This document shows positions 34,901-42,767 of a DNA stretch of 60,869 nucleotides, in pieces. This DNA is from Deltaproteobacteria bacterium (GTDB taxonomy: Bacteria; UBA10199; SBBF01), in NCBI GenBank assembly GCA_016183175.1, contig JACPFC010000040.1, forward strand, positions 1 through 60,869, read 5' to 3'. The notes under the pieces were generated by a model. It had not been told where the DNA came from and made no database searches. It saw only the letters and a list, made by a program, of their open reading frames with translations. The position numbers and the translations under genes are program-made. Each line of letters opens with the position of its first letter. Position 1 is the stretch's first letter.

Positions 34901-37012
34901 AATGCCTGCGATTTTCTGGCCGAGGTCCACCGCGAAACCGGCGAGTTCGAGAAGGCGCTCGCTTTGCTTTCCAGGGCGGAAAAAATTTTGGGCGAACAAC
35001 CGCCGCTGGCCCCCTACCGCTTTTACATCCACCTCGATTTTTCCAAGACGTACGCCCAGCAGGGGAAAAGAGAGGAGGCCGTCAGGCACTACGAAAAGGC
35101 GGTACAAATGGCCAAAACCGACACCGAAAAAGAGGAATTGAAGGAATTTCGAAAAACCTATTTACACCAGGAGGCAACCATGAACACCGACGCCGGGAGC
35201 ACCGAGGCCAAAAAAGAAACATCGGAGTTTGAAACCATCCTGCACATCAATCAGATGATCAACGCCGAACACAACCTTGAGGCGCTGATGAAGATAGTCC
35301 TTCGCTACGCCCTGGAACTCTCGAAGGCGGAGGCCGGGCTGATTCTTTTGTTGACGAGCGAGGGGGAACTTTCGGTTGCGGCCTCGCTGAACACCACGAT
35401 GAGCGAGGAGCTGTCGCGCTTTTCCACAAGCGTCGCCCGCAGAGTGGTGGAAACGGGCGAGGAGGTGGTTTTGGCCGACGCCATCGTGGACGAACAGTTC
35501 AAGTCGTCCGACTCGATCATTTTAAACGAGATGAAATCGATTCTCTGCCTCCCCATCCGCTCGCGCAACCGGATTGTCGGCGTCTTCTATCTGGACAACC
35601 GCTATCAGGCCGGCGCCTTCGCCGGCGTCAACCGGAAGGTCCTGTCGGCCTTTTGCGACCAGGTGGGGATTTCCATCGAGAACGCGCGGCTGATTGAGGG
35701 CTACCGCGAGGCCAACGAGGGGCTGGAAAAACAGCTGGAGCAGACAAACGTCGAGCTTTCGGAGGTCAAAGAGCGGCTCAAAAAAGAGACCTCCCTCTAT
35801 CTGACCCGATATTCCTACAGCCAGATCATCTCCAAGAGCAAGGCGATGCAGGAGACTTTCAAGATTCTGGACAAGATCACCGAGACGAACCTCTCGGTCT
35901 ATCTCTTTGGCGCCTCGGGCACGGGGAAGGAGCTCATCGCCCGGGCCCTGCATTACAACAATCCGCAGAGGGCCGCGCGGCCCTTCGTGGCCATCAACTG
36001 CGGCGCCATTCCGCAAAACCTGATCGAGAGCGAACTCTTCGGCTACAAGGCGGGGAGCTTTACCGGCGCAACGCGGGACAAAAAGGGGCTCATTGCCGAG
36101 GCCGACGGCGGGACCCTCTTTTTGGACGAGATCGGCGAGCTGGAGACGTCTTTGCAGGTGAAACTTCTCCGCGTTTTGCAGGAGAGCGAGGTGCGGCCGA
36201 TCGGCGACACCGCCTCTTTCAAGGTGGATGTGCGGGTCGTTTCGGCCTCCCACCGCGATATTCAGGCCGCCATCGGCGAGGGAAAATTCCGCGAGGATCT
36301 TTTTTACCGCCTCTGCCAGATCACCCTTTCGATCCCTCCGCTTTCAGAGCGGAAGGAGGACATCCCCGTTTTGGCCGAGCATTTCGTGGAAAAATTCCGG
36401 AAGGAGAACAAAATCAAAAAACCGGTCCGCATCGCCCCTCCGTTCCTGAAAATCCTTTTGAACTACGACTGGCCGGGTAACGTCAGGGAGCTGGAAAATC
36501 TGATCTCGGTCGCCTGCGCCCTCCGTGAGGGGGACAGTCTGGCCGCCTCCTCCATCCCCCCCAACCATCCCGCGGTTCGGGCCGGCGGGCCGACAACCGG
36601 CGTCTCTTCATCGTCTCTGCAGTCGTCGAAGATGACAGCTGTTGAAGGGGTCGCGATTGATCCCCACAACACATTCGACCCGCAGAAGACATGGGCCGAT
36701 TATGAAAAGGTGATTCTGGCCAAATGCTACCAGACCAATGAATTTAAAAAAACGGCCTCTGCCGAGATGATCGGGATTTCACCTTCAACTCTGTACAAGA
36801 AAATCGACGAATCCGGTCTGGACGACCGGAACAACCCGGTCTACCAGGATCCCTTCGTCTACGAAAAGGGAAAGTCTCTGAAGGATTACATCCCGCTTGT
36901 CTTTCAGGCGGCGCTCAAGGCGGCGGGCGACAAACCCTACACCGCGATCCGACAGTTGGGGGTTTCGCAGGGATATTTTTATAAAATCATCAAGACCGCA
37001 AAGGCGGCGTAA
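31970..37012 (+). CDS. 1680-aa fusion: Ser/Thr protein kinase - STAND/AAA_16 P-loop - TPR array - GAF - sigma54-interaction AAA+ domain - HTH
   Basis: Kinase motifs GSGLSGEV, ALKFLK, HLDIKPQN, DFG and YMAPE. P-loop GEVGSGKSRL plus MVLIDEP. Many TPR-like units. GAF domain around 35230-35700. bEBP core GASGTGKE, GSFTGA (GAFTGA variant) and FLDEIGEL. Fis-type HTH IGISPSTLYKKI plus a second HTH-like tail. ATG 31970 follows an AT-rich promoter-like tract. Confidence 0.85.
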   Translation: MNKPRLVDNRYKIIRELGSGLSGEVLLVEDAGGQKALKFLKRIQMGVSREEALANFKNEFSILSELNHPGIARILDFGFDPLLMKYYFTSELVEGADFLKATEGKSIDEIELLAVQVFRALNYLHSRGIYHLDIKPQNILVQNPPQPPFDKGGGGGISKLIDFGLSALSRREKVGGTPAYMAPEVPAGGNLDGRTDLYSFGVVLYKVLTRNNPFAASKPQDTIKNHQTLTPPPPSEVNPQVPKYWDLILMRLLEKNPSDRYPEASVVIRDLNFLAGKKYEFETAETRLSYVPEKGALVGRRPEMLKFRALFETVFSPSSPTLPRLLIVEGEVGSGKSRLLTEFKYYSQLHNVPTLSLKEEEEGSHPPPYMVLIDEPENIPAERVGALLAHSVNKKVLIVWAAPTAPSALSHCEKIRLNPFDAVELAAYLTAVTGLADPPPGLVDEIFRRTGGNPLFVTELLKTLLRHDLLLDASGRWAGPTLEDMKIDFEKIKAPKTVSELLLRRLEKLDAEERKIVEWMAVFREALSPSTLELLAEIRRPQTHLLNLAREDILSRQVVEGGYFFKNILMGDVIYEGLPLEARRKMHDAAARYLEKTKGSEEKILLHRGKGTGDKEAVSALCELAGLQTKKGGFGEAEKILETAWGRAQKMDPKTQIAVEIQLAESQVKVRRYTEAINHYLHLKGLLDRSLPAGGAGKERIAVYEKLGDLYARLDQYPKALELFDAAIGWLDPVGVGPPGAGPPGAGPPGLKPGDRTARMILENHRANIFMKSGKLDEAEALFRKNQLLWEKGFTAEEKTGVANNHLAYVLILQKKYGEAKVEIDKQIAFFRKNENPYWLARAHYLYGDLYYQQMIMVHTGKERERDKAESISAFEECHRIAKGIDSFDTMLRAYNGIANLYFHEKEYVQSREYYERALALARRQEDYEAAAAISLNLGNIFRLQKQYADAYSYLVYTVNTLEGADPKNYQIWFFLLNACDFLAEVHRETGEFEKALALLSRAEKILGEQPPLAPYRFYIHLDFSKTYAQQGKREEAVRHYEKAVQMAKTDTEKEELKEFRKTYLHQEATMNTDAGSTEAKKETSEFETILHINQMINAEHNLEALMKIVLRYALELSKAEAGLILLLTSEGELSVAASLNTTMSEELSRFSTSVARRVVETGEEVVLADAIVDEQFKSSDSIILNEMKSILCLPIRSRNRIVGVFYLDNRYQAGAFAGVNRKVLSAFCDQVGISIENARLIEGYREANEGLEKQLEQTNVELSEVKERLKKETSLYLTRYSYSQIISKSKAMQETFKILDKITETNLSVYLFGASGTGKELIARALHYNNPQRAARPFVAINCGAIPQNLIESELFGYKAGSFTGATRDKKGLIAEADGGTLFLDEIGELETSLQVKLLRVLQESEVRPIGDTASFKVDVRVVSASHRDIQAAIGEGKFREDLFYRLCQITLSIPPLSERKEDIPVLAEHFVEKFRKENKIKKPVRIAPPFLKILLNYDWPGNVRELENLISVACALREGDSLAASSIPPNHPAVRAGGPTTGVSSSSLQSSKMTAVEGVAIDPHNTFDPQKTWADYEKVILAKCYQTNEFKKTASAEMIGISPSTLYKKIDESGLDDRNNPVYQDPFVYEKGKSLKDYIPLVFQAALKAAGDKPYTAIRQLGVSQGYFYKIIKTAKAA
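32395..32441. repeat. G6/C6 double-palindrome element, copy 3 (in frame inside the kinase domain)
   Basis: AAAT-C7-AA-C6-TTTGACAAA-G8-A-G6-ATTT. It translates as NPPQPPFDKGGGGGI between ILVQ and KLIDFG. Confidence 0.9.
34178..34221 (+). repeat. 15-nt tandem repeat GGCCCCCCCGGGGCT (2 full units plus a shortened third) inside the TPR region
   Basis: It encodes GPPGAGPPGAGPPGL. Each unit contains the CCCCGGGG palindrome. Confidence 0.85.
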
Positions 37013-37114
37013 CAAGGGAGAGTTATTCTTTCCATTTTATAGACATATGCTGATTGAAGGGGCTCACGGCCTCTTCTGAATCGGTTAATTTTTCAAGTAA
37101 TTTCAAGGTGTTAA

Positions 37115-38938
37115 ATGGATACCAAAAAGGCTTTTAGCTGGCATTTTTCTTGCAACACTTATTTTATGATGGGATCAAGGCGAAAATTTCTGTCTTGCCT
37201 GTTGGCGGCCTATGGCCTAACAGCCCTTTGTTTTGGTTTCACCGCCGGGTGCGGGAGCGCTCTGCCGCAGGTCTCGATCCCTCCGCCGTCGGAGGGTTGC
37301 GACGAGGGGGACGGTTGTGTTGTCGGTTCTTCCCCCGACGCCGGCGGTTTTGTGGTGGTTGAAGGAGATGCGGGAGCGGTCCCAGGGGGAGCCCTGGTTC
37401 AGGCGGAGGTGGGAGAGTCGTCCGCTTTCTTCAATCCGCTCGATCTCCTTTGCTCCAAGGCCTATGCCGCCGTCGGGAGGGACTTGCTCCCCGCCGGGGG
37501 CGCCGAATGCAGTTCTGATCTGCCGCTTTGTGAGGAGGGCGGTTCGACCGAGGATTGTTATGTCGTTGCCGATGACGACGGATCGTTTGTCCTCCGCATC
37601 GCGGCGGAGATCGGCGATACCATTCAAATCACCTATCTCGATCCCGACACCTGCGAGGAATCGCCTGCCTTTGATATTACCGTTACGGGCGATCTCAACC
37701 CCCTCGATATCGAGGGGGTTGCCCTGACTTCGGATAATAGAGCCACCGCCTACGTTTTCGGCGAAGACAGCGACGGTATGATCGGGATCATTGCCTTTAA
37801 CGTGGACGACGCCTCAACGGGAACCTATTCGACAGCATTGATCGGAACCCCTCTTTCAATCGGCGCAATCCCCAACAACGACAAAAGGGTGGCGGCCGTC
37901 ACGGATGAGCAGACGGCGATACTGGATCTTTCCCCCGATGCGCCGACGGTAACCATCCTGACCGACAGCGCCGGCGCTTCGCTTACTGCCGGACAGGTGG
38001 TGGTTCAGAGAAGTTTTGACTATCCGGCGAGTTTTTCGCCCTCAAGCGGTGAAGATTTCACCTGTGTCGATTCCATCCTGGAGGGCCGGTCGGATATCGA
38101 CCGCATCTTTTTTGTTCTCGATGACGAAAAATTGGCCTCCGATCCGGACACTCCCCTCGCGCTGATCGACAACGGAAACGAGGCAATGAGCGGCACAACA
38201 ATGGCGGTGGAAAAAACCATCGGGTATGATTTTGGAACGCTCGATTCGGACCTGATCGGCGCCCGGCTGACAAACGTCAAGGATTTCTTTATCTCGCAAA
38301 AGGGGGATGAGGGATTTTTTCTGGGAAGATTCCTTCTTGGCTCGGGGGAGGAGCGCTTTTATCTGGTTGAGGTGCCGGTGAAAGACGGCCTCTGCAACCG
38401 CATTGATTCCTCGAATTATCCCAACCTGCGTGCAATCGAGATGCACTCTTCCATGACCGATCCGGGGAAAAGTTTCTGGTTCGGCACATTCGGTTTCGAA
38501 GCCGGCGCGCAAACGGAGGGGATGATTGTCATACCGGACACGGCGGCGGAAACGGGGGGCTTCGCGGTTGACGTGATTGAGGGAATAACCGGCGGCTTTG
38601 GCGAACTCGAAGCCCTCGATCCCACGCGCGTCTCGGGGGTAACCCGAATCATGCCGGTTGCCTTTCCTTCGTCCCGCATAAAACTGGGAGGTATCGGCGA
38701 TTCCATCCATCTGGTCCGGGTGGACATGGAGGGGGACGGAGAATCTTTCGTGAACACTGAAATTGAAAGCGATATAATCGTGGGGGTTCGTCCGGTGGAC
38801 ATGGCAATGCTTTTGACCACCGATTTATCGTCCGTCACCGAGGCCCCGACCCTCTCCGGAAAACTTCTCATCTTAAGCCGGGGGCTCGAAGGGGACGGCG
38901 CCGGTTTCTTAAGGACGATCGATCTGGAAGATTTATAG
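37115..38938 (+). CDS. putative Tat-exported lipoprotein, function unknown
   Basis: GSRRKFLSCLL fits the twin-arginine S-R-R-x-F-L consensus, followed by an h-region and lipobox FTAGC. Start is ATG 37115 (AAGGTG Shine-Dalgarno) or ATG 37166. Confidence 0.6.
   Translation: MDTKKAFSWHFSCNTYFMMGSRRKFLSCLLAAYGLTALCFGFTAGCGSALPQVSIPPPSEGCDEGDGCVVGSSPDAGGFVVVEGDAGAVPGGALVQAEVGESSAFFNPLDLLCSKAYAAVGRDLLPAGGAECSSDLPLCEEGGSTEDCYVVADDDGSFVLRIAAEIGDTIQITYLDPDTCEESPAFDITVTGDLNPLDIEGVALTSDNRATAYVFGEDSDGMIGIIAFNVDDASTGTYSTALIGTPLSIGAIPNNDKRVAAVTDEQTAILDLSPDAPTVTILTDSAGASLTAGQVVVQRSFDYPASFSPSSGEDFTCVDSILEGRSDIDRIFFVLDDEKLASDPDTPLALIDNGNEAMSGTTMAVEKTIGYDFGTLDSDLIGARLTNVKDFFISQKGDEGFFLGRFLLGSGEERFYLVEVPVKDGLCNRIDSSNYPNLRAIEMHSSMTDPGKSFWFGTFGFEAGAQTEGMIVIPDTAAETGGFAVDVIEGITGGFGELEALDPTRVSGVTRIMPVAFPSSRIKLGGIGDSIHLVRVDMEGDGESFVNTEIESDIIVGVRPVDMAMLLTTDLSSVTEAPTLSGKLLILSRGLEGDGAGFLRTIDLEDL
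37139..37154 (+). promoter_or_regulatory. sigma54-type -24/-12 motif
   Basis: TGGCATTTTTCTTGCA with GG/GC spacing of 10 nt, nearly identical to the motif at 4170. It lies only about 12 nt before ATG 37166 and inside the longer ORF version, so its function is uncertain. Confidence 0.4.
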
Positions 38939-41197
38939 CCCGGCCACTTTTTTGCCCGATGCGGACGGGGCGGTGGCGTGGATTTTGATCTTCTGGTTTA
39001 AAAACAGCGTATCGCGCGTGAGGCCGTTCCACTTCTTGATTTGGGAGACGCTGACGCGGTATTTTCTGGCGAGGCCGGAAAGCGTCTCCCCCCGGCGCAC
39101 CCGGTGGATGATGACCCCTGCCTTTTCCACAGCCGGTACCGCGGACGTGACGGCGACCTTTGACCCTTTCTTTGCCGCGGTTTTCACCGCGACCTTTTCC
39201 GGTTCCATCTCTTCCGTCAGGCGGAGTTTCTGATGCGGCTTGATGGTCTCGCCGTCGGCCAATGCCGGGTTAAAGCGGACCAGATCGGAGACCGTGACTC
39301 CCGAGGCCTGCGCGATGCTCCAGAGCGAATCCCCCTCTTGGACGACATAGCGGCTTGGGATATCGCTTTTCTCCTGTTTTATCCCGTAAGCCTCCTGTTC
39401 GGCCACCAGGGACGTGGCCACCAGTGGCCTAGCCAACAGCTCCGTAGCGCTCGGCAGTTCTTTCTCCAGGACAGGCCCTTCGTCCGTGGCCAGTGAAGCA
39501 ACCGTTGTATCTTTATCCGGCTCCCATATCTTTAAGGTCTGCCCATACTTGATGATCCCTTTTTTCCCCAGACCGTTTAAGGCCCTAAGCTGGAAAACAG
39601 TGACGCCGTATTTTCGCGCAATCGCCCCGAGCGTTTCCCCTTTTTTTACGCGGTGGGTTTTGGCCACGCCACTGGTGGCTATGTCCCCGGTGGCCACGCC
39701 ACTGGTGGTCGTTTCAACAGCCGGTTTTTCCTCCGCCTCGGGCGAGAGGGTTGCAATCACCGACTCAACACTATCAGTCGGCACCGATGCCACCAGTGGC
39801 GTGGCCACCAGTGGCGTGGCAGTGAGTACCGGCTCTTCCTGCGGCGCCGGCTTCAGTTTGAAGGCCGCCCCCTTCTTGGGAATCATCAGGGTGGCGCCGC
39901 TCCGAAGAGTGCCGGCCCGCGCCGAAAGGCCGTTCCACTGGGCCAGTTGCGTCTTCGAAACACCGTAGCGCCGCGCAATGCCCGCCAGCGTCTCCCTCTT
40001 TTTCACCCGGTGATAGACAAAACGGACGCGCTGATCCTTGGGAACCTGTGCGTAATTCTTCCGGAAGGCATCGGCGGCGCCACGGGGGACATTAACGGTG
40101 AACTTCTGCCCCGGCGGGGTGATCCCCATGACCAGAGAGGGGTTCAGCTCCTTGATTTCTTCATGCGAAACCTCGGCGCATTCGGCGATCACCGTGAGGT
40201 CGGTGGCATCGGGAACGGTGACTGTTTCCGATTCGAGACCCGGCTCGAACAGGGAGCTGGAAAAACCGAATTTTTTGTAATTTTTGGAAATATAGGCGGC
40301 GGCCAGAATCCGGGGGACGTAATCTTTTGTCTCCTGGCGGAAGATGCGTTTTTTCCCTTTGGTGTTTGCGAGTTTCCAGAAATCGTTCGTTCCGGCGTTG
40401 CGAATGGCGCGGTTGACCGCCCCGGCGCCGGCGTTGTAGGCGGCAAAGGCAAGGTACCAGTCGTCGTACATCTTGTACAAATCCTTGAGATGCTCCGCCG
40501 CCGCGCGCGTGGCCTTTTCCAAGTCGCGGCGTTCATCGACATAAGCGCCTGCATCCAGCCCGTAGAGCTTCCCTGTGGAACGGATAAACTGCCACGGCCC
40601 GGCCGCATGGGCCCGCGAATAGGCATTGAGGTTGAATCCGGATTCGATCATGGCGAGATAGATAAGATCGCGGGGAAGACGATACTCGCGCAAAATATCC
40701 TCGATCATCGGGCCATACCGGCTGGCGCGCTTGAGCCAGCGGGAAAAATTTTTGCGCAACGGACCGGTAAAGGCCTTCACCCAGCGGTCGACCTGCGCGT
40801 TGTGGACCATCGGGATGTCGTTTGACTTCCGCGGCCGCCAGACGCCGGAAGATCCGGCAGAGGAGGATGATTCAAGAATCGACCGGATTTTGGGGATTTC
40901 CCGATCTTCCCGCTCGATTCCATGAAGGGCAAGATCCTGGCCGATCAGATATTCAACGCCGTCCATCCGCCCCGTTGATTTTGCCCCCTTCGAGCGGCCG
41001 CCAAAGACCTCGCCCAAGGTTCCGGCATCGGACTCGTCGGACCGGTCCGACTCGTCAGAGGCGCCTTCATAGTTACGCGAGGTGGAAGTCGAGACTTGGC
41101 CGGCCGAACAGGCAAAAAAGAGGAAGGAGAAAAAAAAGAAAATCCCCCCGGTTTTCAAGAATGCCGCGAATTTCAAGTTCAACCTCCGCCCGGACAA
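38933..41197 (-). CDS. mltD: membrane-bound lytic murein transglycosylase D-like lipoprotein with four LysM domains
   Basis: Lipobox FFACS, SLT catalytic block AMIESGFNLNAYSRAHAAGPWQF, and four LysM units (HRVKKRETLAGIARRYGVS.. and similar). Confidence 0.85.
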   Translation of the reverse strand: MSGRRLNLKFAAFLKTGGIFFFFSFLFFACSAGQVSTSTSRNYEGASDESDRSDESDAGTLGEVFGGRSKGAKSTGRMDGVEYLIGQDLALHGIEREDREIPKIRSILESSSSAGSSGVWRPRKSNDIPMVHNAQVDRWVKAFTGPLRKNFSRWLKRASRYGPMIEDILREYRLPRDLIYLAMIESGFNLNAYSRAHAAGPWQFIRSTGKLYGLDAGAYVDERRDLEKATRAAAEHLKDLYKMYDDWYLAFAAYNAGAGAVNRAIRNAGTNDFWKLANTKGKKRIFRQETKDYVPRILAAAYISKNYKKFGFSSSLFEPGLESETVTVPDATDLTVIAECAEVSHEEIKELNPSLVMGITPPGQKFTVNVPRGAADAFRKNYAQVPKDQRVRFVYHRVKKRETLAGIARRYGVSKTQLAQWNGLSARAGTLRSGATLMIPKKGAAFKLKPAPQEEPVLTATPLVATPLVASVPTDSVESVIATLSPEAEEKPAVETTTSGVATGDIATSGVAKTHRVKKGETLGAIARKYGVTVFQLRALNGLGKKGIIKYGQTLKIWEPDKDTTVASLATDEGPVLEKELPSATELLARPLVATSLVAEQEAYGIKQEKSDIPSRYVVQEGDSLWSIAQASGVTVSDLVRFNPALADGETIKPHQKLRLTEEMEPEKVAVKTAAKKGSKVAVTSAVPAVEKAGVIIHRVRRGETLSGLARKYRVSVSQIKKWNGLTRDTLFLNQKIKIHATAPSASGKKVAGL
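39411..39820. repeat. GGCCACGCCACTGGTGGC motif in both orientations inside mltD linkers
   Basis: Forward copies at 39662-39679 and 39692-39708. Reverse-complement copies at 39789-39806 and 39804-39820. A related copy at 39411-39439. Confidence 0.85.
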
Positions 41198-41342
41198 CAG
41201 GTTTAAGGGTCTAAGACTTCTTGAAAACCTTCTTACCGAAACAGTAATATGGATGATCCAATTTTCTTTATTAATTGAGAGTATAGCCTAAAGGGCTTTA
41301 ACGATTCAACGTTTTTTATTGGGGGATGGTTTATGGAGGGGG

Positions 41343-42722
41343 TTAAAAAATGGCCCGAAAAACAACATACCCGGCAATGATTGCCAGGATTGTCCCGATG
41401 GAATAGACAAAAAAAGTCCAAAAACGGGGGCGCCCGGGGCGTTTTTCCCTCTCCTGACGGGGATCGTAACCGGGCCATCCGCCCAAGGCGGACCAGCCTC
41501 CAGTCCACGGGGTTCCTTCTGTTAAGCGTTTCCGCTGGCGTTCTTCCTCGGCGCTTCGTCCTTTTAAGAGCATCTGCTCAAACCTCCCCAAAGTCTGCGG
41601 GTTGGAGGGGCTTCGCAGTTGTTGCAGGGCCGCCTCGCGAGCGGCGGCCCGCGCCTCGGTGGACATCCCTTCGGCCAGATGGGTGAGCTGGAGGTAGTTG
41701 ATATCGGCGCCAAGCAACGCCAAAAGTTCCGCGGGAATCGGGTCGCCGGGGGACATTTGTGCAAGCCTTGCAAGAAGATCCGGATGATCAACCATCAGTC
41801 GCGCAAATTTGTCCGAAACCACCTTGTCTCCCAAAAGAAAGCGAAGATCCGAAACGAGGATCAATCCCTTCTGCCCGCTTGCTGACTGATAGGTCCCGCG
41901 AAACATCGCCTCCGCCAGTTCGCTTAAGTTTTTGGTAATGGAGGTTTCTTTGCTCCCCAGTTTGAGGGCATTGGCAAAAAAGGTTTTCCATCCCGCCTGA
42001 TTTTTTGCCGAGACGACCGATTTGCCCGCAGACTGCTCGGGGACCACCCTGCCCCCTTGCAGGATTTTTTGAAGGATCTTTTCAAACGGGGTTTCGGCCG
42101 GTCCCCTGGAGAGACGATTCAGAAATTGGCCGGCCCTCTGAAGAAGAGGGGCCGTCGCTTCCCCGGCGCCCCGCGGCATGTCGGCCCGCAATCCTTTGCG
42201 GGAAGAGGATTCATGGCGGCGGTGCAGATCGATTTCGTGGCGAATCACCCGCCGCATATTGGCCCGGTCGGCGGTCTGTTGGCGCAGTTGGATCAACCGG
42301 GACAACTCCTGCCGGTTGAGCGGGTCCCCCTGCCGTGGCGACAAAGACCTCTGCTCCATCCTCTGATGGAGGGGGGATTGGCGCAGAGGCCGGAAGACCG
42401 CCTCCTGAAGGAGGCGCCGGTAGTTTTGCGGTTCGGGGGGGGGCTTATGCCTTGGCGCCTGCCTCGTCGCATCCGGCCTGGGGCCTTCTCTCACCGGCGG
42501 CCGGAAGCTCCGGTCGTATTTTTTCCCCAACTCGGGAGGGGTTTGAACCATTCGATGCGCACGCAGAATCTCGTCTTTAAGCGCATCCTTGAATTGATCG
42601 GGGCGAAGGGGCTCCTGTCTTGCCGCCTCTTCTTTTTTTCTTTCCTCAACCTTCGACTCGGCGGGGGCCGCTGTTTCGGGGGGAACGCCCGGTTTTGCAA
42701 TCGGCAGATCTCCATTCGACAT
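41343..42722 (-). CDS. hypothetical R/Q/P-rich protein with C-terminal TM anchor
   Basis: 459-aa ORF upstream of mltD on the same strand, with a C-terminal FWTFFVYSIGTILAIIAGYVVF helix. No family recognised. Confidence 0.55.
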   Translation of the reverse strand: MSNGDLPIAKPGVPPETAAPAESKVEERKKEEAARQEPLRPDQFKDALKDEILRAHRMVQTPPELGKKYDRSFRPPVREGPRPDATRQAPRHKPPPEPQNYRRLLQEAVFRPLRQSPLHQRMEQRSLSPRQGDPLNRQELSRLIQLRQQTADRANMRRVIRHEIDLHRRHESSSRKGLRADMPRGAGEATAPLLQRAGQFLNRLSRGPAETPFEKILQKILQGGRVVPEQSAGKSVVSAKNQAGWKTFFANALKLGSKETSITKNLSELAEAMFRGTYQSASGQKGLILVSDLRFLLGDKVVSDKFARLMVDHPDLLARLAQMSPGDPIPAELLALLGADINYLQLTHLAEGMSTEARAAAREAALQQLRSPSNPQTLGRFEQMLLKGRSAEEERQRKRLTEGTPWTGGWSALGGWPGYDPRQEREKRPGRPRFWTFFVYSIGTILAIIAGYVVFRAIF

Positions 42723-42767
42723 ACCTGATCATGATACCATCGATAAGGCCCGGAGAGATAGACAAAA

